From: Alphaproteobacteria bacterium
GTDB taxonomy: Bacteria > Pseudomonadota > Alphaproteobacteria > RF32 > CAG-239
Direction of reading: 5' to 3'
NCBI GenBank assembly: GCA_017464685.1
Contig: JAFTYO010000022.1
Coordinates: 2,836 to 66,835, forward strand
DNA: 64,000 nucleotides
Within the stretch, counting starts at the first letter, position 1. Every line of letters starts with the position of its first letter. The notes below the pieces were generated by a model. It was not told where the DNA came from, made no database searches, and was given only the letters and a program-made list of their open reading frames with translations. Position numbers and translations under genes: made by a program. Below, one piece after another: positions 57,527-64,000 of this stretch.

Positions 57527-58237
57527 ATGGATAAAAATATGTATAGCGAAAAGTTTTTAAAGTTTATTGAGATGTGGGTAAAGGACTTTGGCATATCTCA
57601 CACAATTGATGAAAAGGTTTGTGTCGATAGGGATAACAACCCCATTCCGTGGTACACTTATCCGGCAATTGAATACCTTTCCCAGTTTGATTACTCCAAC
57701 AAAACCGTGTTTGAGTTCGGTTGTGCATATTCTTCTTTGTTCTGGGCAACAAGAGCTAAAAAAGTGATAAGCATTGAAGACAATCCTAAATGGTTTGAAA
57801 AATGGCAACAAGAATTTAATGAGCCAAATCTTGATATCAAGTGGCGTGATGAGGGCAAAATTTACGAAAATGCAATTTTTGAAGAAAACCAAAAATATGA
57901 TGTAATTGTCATTGACGGCAAGCGCCGTTTTGAATGTGCCAAAGCAGCCATTGAAAAGCTTGCCGATGGCGGTATGATTATTTTAGATGACTCTGATAGA
58001 GTAAACACCAGTGATGAATATAAAAAAGCCATTAAGGAGCTTCAATCAGCCGACTTATTGCAAGTTGATTTTTACGGTTTTTGCCCGATGAATGTTTATA
58101 CAAAAGCTACAACCATATTTTTTAAACGGGATTTTAATTTTGCCTCAAAATTTGATGTCCAACCGGTAAACGGTCTCGGAAATTTGTGGTCAATGAGCAG
58201 AAAAGACCGAAAAGCCTTGTATAACAAATTTAAATAA
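57527..58237 (+). CDS. hypothetical protein, possibly a class I SAM-dependent methyltransferase-like fold (236 aa)
   Basis: A motif-I-like VFEFGCAYSS plus an acidic beta-strand end (VISIEDN, YDVIVIDG). Weak evidence. Confidence 0.3.
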   Translation: MDKNMYSEKFLKFIEMWVKDFGISHTIDEKVCVDRDNNPIPWYTYPAIEYLSQFDYSNKTVFEFGCAYSSLFWATRAKKVISIEDNPKWFEKWQQEFNEPNLDIKWRDEGKIYENAIFEENQKYDVIVIDGKRRFECAKAAIEKLADGGMIILDDSDRVNTSDEYKKAIKELQSADLLQVDFYGFCPMNVYTKATTIFFKRDFNFASKFDVQPVNGLGNLWSMSRKDRKALYNKFK

Positions 58238-58252
58238 TTTATATGTATCAAA

Positions 58253-61200
58253 ATGAGTACCGAGCAAAACAAAACACAAATTTATTCTTCCATACCAAAC
58301 GGCTTTGATGCTTTTTGGCTTAGCGATTTTGTAAAAAACAATAACAAAACCACTCTTTATATTGTCAGCAACGGAATTGAGCTTTTTCAAACTGCTGAAG
58401 TTGTAAAATATTTAAACCCCGAATTTGAAGTACTTATGTTTCCGGCTTGGGATACGGTGCCTTATGACAGAGCCTCACCTAATGTCAACATATTGTCACA
58501 GCGCTTGGAAACTCTATCCAAACTCGTTTTAGACCCGAATCCGAAACAAAAACGAATCGTAATTACAAGTGTGGGAGCTGCCATTCAGAAGTTGCCGCCC
58601 AAAAAGATTTTTCTTAATTCGAACAAAATAATTAAAATCGGTTCAAAGTTTGATTTTAATGTTTTTTTACATTATTGCGCCATCAACGGATATACAAAAG
58701 TCGAACAAGTAATGGAGCCGGCTGAATTTGCCGTAAGAGGCGATATTATAGACATTTTTCCCTCAGGCGCATCACAGCCCATCAGAATTGATTTGTTTGA
58801 TGACGAAGTTGAAAACATCAGAACTTTTAATCCGCTTAATCAAAGAACAACCGGCACTTTGTCAGCATACACATTTTTAGTGGCAAATGAAGTGGTATTA
58901 AATGAAAACACCATTAAAAATTTTAGACTTTCATATCGTGAAAGTTTTGGCACAAACGGTTTAAAAGACGAAATTTACGAATGGATATCTGAGGGTAAAA
59001 AATATATCGGTATGGAAAACTGGTTACCGTTTTTTTATGATGAGCCCCTGCCCTCGTTGTTTGATTATGTCTTCAATGCCGACATTGTTTTAGGCAACAA
59101 TTATGATGACGCCTTAAAAGCAAAAAAAGAGAGCATAATTGATTATTATACAGCAAGACTGGAAGCTTTGGATATGGAGCAAAAATCCGATGAGCTTATA
59201 TATCGCCCCATAAAACCGGAGCTTTTATATCTTACACAAGATGAATTTGAAAAAATCATCAATGATAAAAATGCCATTAAGCTCACTGCCTTAAGCTTGC
59301 CCGATTCTGAAAATATTACAAATTTAAGAGTAATCCCTGCTCGTAATTTTGCCCACGCAAAAAACATCAATCAGGCGGCAGTATATCAGGATTTAAAAGA
59401 CTATTTATCCGAAAACGCAAAACTAAAACGCATCATTTGCTGTTACAGCGAAGGCTCTCGTGAGCGTATGTTTCACACATTGTCCGAATATGGTTTTAAT
59501 AATTTAAGTTTTGCTGAAAATTTTAACGAGGCTTTAAAAAAAGCGCAGAACAAAAAAATTGTCCTGATTGTGCTCAATTTGGATCATGGTTTTAAAAATC
59601 AAGAATTTTGTATAGTCAGCCAAGAGGATATTTTGGGTGTTAAAAAAGACCGAAAGCCAAGCAAAAAAGTTTCAAAGCAAGATTTTATTGCCGATATTTC
59701 CACCTTAAATATTGGCGAATTGGTTGTACATATTGAGCACGGAATCGGCAGATTTATGGGGCTTGAAACAATTACGGCCGGAGGTGCCGTTCACGACTGT
59801 TTAAAAATTATATATGCCAATAACGACAAACTTTTCGTACCGGTTGAAAACATTGATGTTGTTTCAAGATACGGCTCAGATGATGAAAATATTGTGCTTG
59901 ATACATTAGGCTCTGCTGCTTGGCAGGCAAAAAAAGCCAAAGTAAAAGAAAAAATTAAAGACATTGCCGAAAAACTCATAAAACTTGCCGCCGAACGCAA
60001 GCTTAAAACATCTGACGCTTTTGTTGCCCCGTCAGGCTTATATGACGAATTTTGCTCCCGTTTTGCTTTTAATGAAACAGATGACCAACTAAGAGCCATT
60101 AAAGATGTTTTACAAGATTTAAACACCGGTGTTCCGATGGACAGACTTGTTTGCGGAGATGTAGGATTTGGCAAAACCGAAGTTGCGTTGCGAGCCGCTT
60201 TTACGGTAGCTTCAAGTGGTGCACAAGTTGCACTCATTGTGCCGACAACACTTCTTGCCAGACAACACTATTTGAATTTTATCGAGCGTATGAAAGGCTT
60301 TCCCGTAAGAGTTAAAATGCTTTCTAGATTAGTCAGTGCTAAAGAATTAAAAGAAACGCAAGAGGGCTTAAAAAACGGCTCAATAGAAATTGTTATCGGC
60401 ACTCATGCCTTGTTATCGCAAAATGTAAAGTTTTGCAATTTGGGATTACTCATTATTGATGAAGAACAGCATTTCGGTGTGGCTCACAAAGAAAAACTCA
60501 AAGCCTTAAAATCTGATGTTCATGTTTTAACTTTAAGTGCAACTCCAATTCCGAGAACTTTGCAACTATCCCTTACGGGAGTTAAAAATTTGAGCATAAT
60601 TGCCACTCCGCCGGTTGACAGATTGGCAGCCAGAACGTTTGTAATGCCTTTTGATAAGGTAATGATAAAAGAAGCAATTTATCGTGAAAAATTCAGAAAC
60701 GGACAAGTATTTTTTGTTTGCCCCAGAGTTTCGGACATTGCATCGGTTCATAGCGAGCTTAAAGAACTTGTACCGGATATAAAAATTGCGATTGCACACG
60801 GACAAATGCCGGTAAAAGATTTGGAAGATGTAATGGTTGACTTTGCCGCTCACAAAGCAGATTTGCTGCTTTCGACCACCATTATAGAATCCGGAATTGA
60901 TATGCCATCGGTTAACACAATGATAATTTATAAAGCCGATATGTTCGGACTCGCTCAACTTTATCAGTTAAGAGGCAGAATCGGCCGTTCAAAAATCAGA
61001 GGATATTGCTATTTTACCATTCCGCCAAAGAAAAAGTTAAAACCGATTGCCGAAAAAAGATTAAGCATATTATCGGCTCTTGACACTTTGGGCGCAGGGT
61101 TTTCGCTTGCCAGTCATGATATGGATATCAGAGGTTCGGGAAATGTTTTGGGGACGGAACAATCGGGACATATAAAAGATGTCGGAATTGCTTTGTATCA

Positions 61201-61720
61201 CCATATGCTTGAAGAAGAAATTTTAAGACAAAAAGCATTATCGCAACAAGAAACAACTTCAGAATTTAATGCTGATGATTGGGCTCCGCAAATTACAACC
61301 GGAATACCAATTATTATTGATGAAAAATATGTTAAAGACTTAGGTGTCCGTTTGGGTTTGTATAAGCGAATCGGTGCAATTAAAACCGTTGATGAAATTT
61401 TGCAAATGAGAGAAGAACTGATTGACCGTTTCGGTCCCATTCCGGTTGAAGTTGAAAACTTGCTTACCACCATTGAAATTAAACAACTTTGTTATAAAGC
61501 CAACATCGCAAAAATTGATGCCGGCGCCAAAGGAATTTTGATTGCGTTTCATAACGACACATTTCATGCGGTTGACAAGCTGATTGAGTTGGTAAATCGT
61601 TCATTTGGTGTCGTTAAAATCAGACCGGACCAAAAGTTGTTTATTGAAGGCAAACTTGACGACTATCAAAAAAGAATATCCGTAATTAAAAAATATGTTG
61701 ATACCTTAAGCAAAATGTAA
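58253..61720 (+). CDS. mfd: transcription-repair coupling factor
   Basis: UvrB-homology N-terminal region, RNA-polymerase-interaction and translocase modules (GDVGFGKTEVA, DEEQHFG, TATPIPRT) and a TRG motif region. Confidence 0.95.
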   Translation: MSTEQNKTQIYSSIPNGFDAFWLSDFVKNNNKTTLYIVSNGIELFQTAEVVKYLNPEFEVLMFPAWDTVPYDRASPNVNILSQRLETLSKLVLDPNPKQKRIVITSVGAAIQKLPPKKIFLNSNKIIKIGSKFDFNVFLHYCAINGYTKVEQVMEPAEFAVRGDIIDIFPSGASQPIRIDLFDDEVENIRTFNPLNQRTTGTLSAYTFLVANEVVLNENTIKNFRLSYRESFGTNGLKDEIYEWISEGKKYIGMENWLPFFYDEPLPSLFDYVFNADIVLGNNYDDALKAKKESIIDYYTARLEALDMEQKSDELIYRPIKPELLYLTQDEFEKIINDKNAIKLTALSLPDSENITNLRVIPARNFAHAKNINQAAVYQDLKDYLSENAKLKRIICCYSEGSRERMFHTLSEYGFNNLSFAENFNEALKKAQNKKIVLIVLNLDHGFKNQEFCIVSQEDILGVKKDRKPSKKVSKQDFIADISTLNIGELVVHIEHGIGRFMGLETITAGGAVHDCLKIIYANNDKLFVPVENIDVVSRYGSDDENIVLDTLGSAAWQAKKAKVKEKIKDIAEKLIKLAAERKLKTSDAFVAPSGLYDEFCSRFAFNETDDQLRAIKDVLQDLNTGVPMDRLVCGDVGFGKTEVALRAAFTVASSGAQVALIVPTTLLARQHYLNFIERMKGFPVRVKMLSRLVSAKELKETQEGLKNGSIEIVIGTHALLSQNVKFCNLGLLIIDEEQHFGVAHKEKLKALKSDVHVLTLSATPIPRTLQLSLTGVKNLSIIATPPVDRLAARTFVMPFDKVMIKEAIYREKFRNGQVFFVCPRVSDIASVHSELKELVPDIKIAIAHGQMPVKDLEDVMVDFAAHKADLLLSTTIIESGIDMPSVNTMIIYKADMFGLAQLYQLRGRIGRSKIRGYCYFTIPPKKKLKPIAEKRLSILSALDTLGAGFSLASHDMDIRGSGNVLGTEQSGHIKDVGIALYHHMLEEEILRQKALSQQETTSEFNADDWAPQITTGIPIIIDEKYVKDLGVRLGLYKRIGAIKTVDEILQMREELIDRFGPIPVEVENLLTTIEIKQLCYKANIAKIDAGAKGILIAFHNDTFHAVDKLIELVNRSFGVVKIRPDQKLFIEGKLDDYQKRISVIKKYVDTLSKM

Positions 61721-61729
61721 GGAATAAAT

Positions 61730-62635
61730 ATGAAAAGAACAAAACATAATGATGTAAACGGTTGGCTGATTGTTGACAAGCCCAAAGGTATGGGATCAAC
61801 CGATGTGGTAAATAAAACCAGATATTTGTTAAATGCCAATAAAAACGGTCATGCCGGTACATTAGACCCTTTTGCAACCGGAGTTTTGCCGATTGCATTC
61901 GGTGAGGCCACAAAACTTATACCGTTTGTAACCGACGGTAAAAAAGAATATGAATTTGTCTTAAAGTTTGGTATTCAAACCAACACCGATGATATCGAAG
62001 GTGAAGTTATAAGCACCTCAAACATAATTCCCGATAAAGAACAAATTTTACAAGTGTTACCACAGTTTGTGGGCACAATTACGCAAGTTCCACCTATGTA
62101 TTCGGCCATAAAAATTAATGGTAAAAGAGCTTATAAACTGGCAAGAGAAGGAAAAGAAGTCAACATTCCGCCAAGAGAGATTGAAATTTATTATTTGGAG
62201 TTTTTGGAACAAATAAACGAATCGGAATATAAGTTCAAAGTCGGTTGTTCAAAAGGCACATATATAAGGACATTGGGTAAAGATATTGCTCTAAAACTCG
62301 GCACTTTAGGGCATTTGACCGATTTAAGAAGAACAAAATGTGCAATTTTTTCAATTGACGATACGATTTTGCTGGAAAATTTAAAAAATATAGTGTATGA
62401 AGAACAAAGACTTTTGTCGCTTCTGCCGATAGAGACATCACTGCGCGACATCGCGGTGATTGCCGTTTCGGAAGAAGATGCCGTCAAACTGAAGTTTGGA
62501 CAGGCTTTATCGCCGAAAAATTATCAAGGTTACGGCTTAGGTGCGGTTTTGGCAGCTATGTCGGGCAACAGTTTGATAGCATTGGTTAGGGTTGAAGAAA
62601 ACAAACTTTCTCCAATTCGTGTGTTTAATTTATAA
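61730..62635 (+). CDS. truB: tRNA pseudouridine(55) synthase
   Basis: GHAGTLDPFATGVLPIAFGEATK catalytic Asp motif. Confidence 0.9.
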   Translation: MKRTKHNDVNGWLIVDKPKGMGSTDVVNKTRYLLNANKNGHAGTLDPFATGVLPIAFGEATKLIPFVTDGKKEYEFVLKFGIQTNTDDIEGEVISTSNIIPDKEQILQVLPQFVGTITQVPPMYSAIKINGKRAYKLAREGKEVNIPPREIEIYYLEFLEQINESEYKFKVGCSKGTYIRTLGKDIALKLGTLGHLTDLRRTKCAIFSIDDTILLENLKNIVYEEQRLLSLLPIETSLRDIAVIAVSEEDAVKLKFGQALSPKNYQGYGLGAVLAAMSGNSLIALVRVEENKLSPIRVFNL

Positions 62636-62656
62636 AATAAAAAAGGAAAAATTAAG

Positions 62657-62926
62657 ATGTCGATTACAAATGAAGTAAAACAAGAAATCATTGCGAAATA
62701 TGGTACAAAACCGGGTGACACAGGTTCTCCGGAAGTTCAAATCGCAATTTGGACATACCGTATTAATTCTTTGATCGAACACTTCAATGTTCACAAAAAA
62801 GATTTACACTCTCGCTTAGGCTTGATGAAGATGGTCAGCCGTCGTCGTCACCTCTTAGACCACTTAAAAGCTAAGAGTAACGATCGTTACCAAGCAATCA
62901 TCAAAAAGTTAGAATTGCGTAAGTAA
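62657..62926 (+). CDS. rpsO: 30S ribosomal protein S15
   Basis: 89 aa ending ...HHLKANKKDHHSRRGL-like ([22 protein letters not shown]). Confidence 0.95.
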   Translation: MSITNEVKQEIIAKYGTKPGDTGSPEVQIAIWTYRINSLIEHFNVHKKDLHSRLGLMKMVSRRRHLLDHLKAKSNDRYQAIIKKLELRK

Positions 62927-62930
62927 TTTG

Positions 62931-62964
62931 AAAAAACTGCGGGGCATAGGGCTCCGCAGTTTTA
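62931..62964 (+). terminator. terminator/attenuator hairpin between rpsO and pnp
   Basis: CTGCGGGGC-ATAG-GGCTCCGCAG followed by TTTT. Confidence 0.6.
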
Positions 62965-63029
62965 TAAAAATCCTTAAAAAATTTTTTAAGGTGAGGTTTT
63001 AAAAAGAAGAAATTTGAAAGGTAGAAAAT

Positions 63030-64000
63030 ATGATAAATTTTAAAAAATGCCGTCAAGAGATGGAATGGGGCGGTCGTAAATTAGTGTTAGAAACAGGTCA
63101 AATTGCCAGACAGGCAACCGGAGCTGTTATGGCTACATATGGAGATACAGTTGTGGTTGCAACTGTTTGTACAGCAAAAGAGGCAAATGCCGATCAGGAT
63201 TTCTTCCCATTAACAGTGAACTATCAGGAAAAATATTATGCAACCGGAAAAATCCCCGGCGGTTTTATGAAAAGAGAGGGCAAACCCTCAGAGCGAGAAG
63301 TTCTCATTTCTCGTTTAATTGACAGACCTATTCGTCCGTTGTTTCCTGATGCTTTCAAAAACGAAGTTCAAATTATATGTACCACTTTATCTCATGACCA
63401 AAAAAATGACTCTGATGTTGTTGCCATGATTGCGGCTTCTGCAGCTTTGGCAGTTTCAGGTGTTCCGTTTTTAGGCCCGATTGGTGCGGCAAAAATCGGT
63501 TACAAAGATGGTAACTATATTTTAAACCCAAGCATTGAAGAACAAAAAACATCTGATTTGGAATTGGCCGTTGCCGGTACCAAAGAGGGGGTTTTGATGG
63601 TTGAATCGGAGGCCAAAGAGCTCTCCGAAGAAGTTATGCTCGGAGCCGTTATGTTTGGTTTTGAAAGTTTCCAATCGGTTATTGATATGATTTTAGAACT
63701 TAAAAAACAAGCCGGTAAAGAAAATTGGGAAGCTCCTGTATTTCCTCAAGAATTTAATGATTTATGTATGCGTGTAGAAAAAGATTTCGGCGAAAAATAT
63801 GACGAAGCTTTTAACGAAGTTGATAAACAAACACGAGGTAACCTTTTAGGTGCTTTGTCCGAAGAAGTTAAAGCCACCATTGACCAAGAAAATGAGCTTG
63901 AAGTTCGTTATGTCGGTGATGCCATTGAACACATTATGCACAAAACCATGCGTGAAAAAGTACTTTCTACCGGCAAGCGCATTGATGGTCGTGATACCAG
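63030..64000 (+). CDS. pnp: polyribonucleotide nucleotidyltransferase (PNPase), N-terminal part; continues beyond the window
   Basis: Start MINFKK..., first RNase PH domain (GDTVVVATV, NYQEKYYATGKIPGGFMKREG). Confidence 0.9.
   Translation, partial: MINFKKCRQEMEWGGRKLVLETGQIARQATGAVMATYGDTVVVATVCTAKEANADQDFFPLTVNYQEKYYATGKIPGGFMKREGKPSEREVLISRLIDRPIRPLFPDAFKNEVQIICTTLSHDQKNDSDVVAMIAASAALAVSGVPFLGPIGAAKIGYKDGNYILNPSIEEQKTSDLELAVAGTKEGVLMVESEAKELSEEVMLGAVMFGFESFQSVIDMILELKKQAGKENWEAPVFPQEFNDLCMRVEKDFGEKYDEAFNEVDKQTRGNLLGALSEEVKATIDQENELEVRYVGDAIEHIMHKTMREKVLSTGKRIDGRDT

Overview
This window is an AT-rich bacterial chromosomal segment. The gene content looks like a host-associated or intracellular-type proteobacterium, but I cannot assign the organism from this window.

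Core housekeeping genes present:
- ftsH and nfo
- fmt and a PpiD-like chaperone
- tpiA-secG-pyrG
- mfd-truB-rpsO-pnp (pnp partial)
- dus (partial)

The core genes are interrupted by a large amount of accessory DNA:
- A ~5.5-kb island integrated at the 3' end of tRNA-Thr(GGT), flanked by 54-bp att direct repeats. It carries a tyrosine integrase, an outer-membrane-protein fragment and a DUF4143 AAA+ ATPase gene that is itself bracketed by 76-bp direct repeats.
- A giant (~2,930-aa) autotransporter-like surface protein with tandem cysteine-rich repeats (one class EGF-like), a YG[IV]-repeat passenger and a C-terminal beta-barrel. Its signal-peptide plus ankyrin N-terminal module sits in a separate frame, split at a 9-G homopolymer, so the locus looks like a slipped-strand phase-variation switch.
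- A second tRNA-linked accessory region starting at tRNA-Pro(CGG) with a large serine recombinase. It carries a defense island and several candidate toxin, switch and effector modules:
  - an SNF2 helicase, convergent with
  - a tightly overlapped six-gene operon: Type III Res, RhuM, a 128-aa ORF, Type III Mod, a 296-aa ORF and a 4-TM protein
  - a FimB/FimE-sized tyrosine recombinase next to two tandem paralogous small genes
  - a putative Panacea-DUF488 fusion gene with a downstream partner
  - a DUF2778/Tlde1-like L,D-transpeptidase-fold toxin candidate with a membrane immunity candidate
- A family of three SCPU/Csu-pilin-like secreted proteins. Their conserved upstream regions differ only in the length of a poly-A tract in the putative promoter spacer (12, 8 and 12 A).

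No CRISPR array, rRNA or phage structural genes were found.
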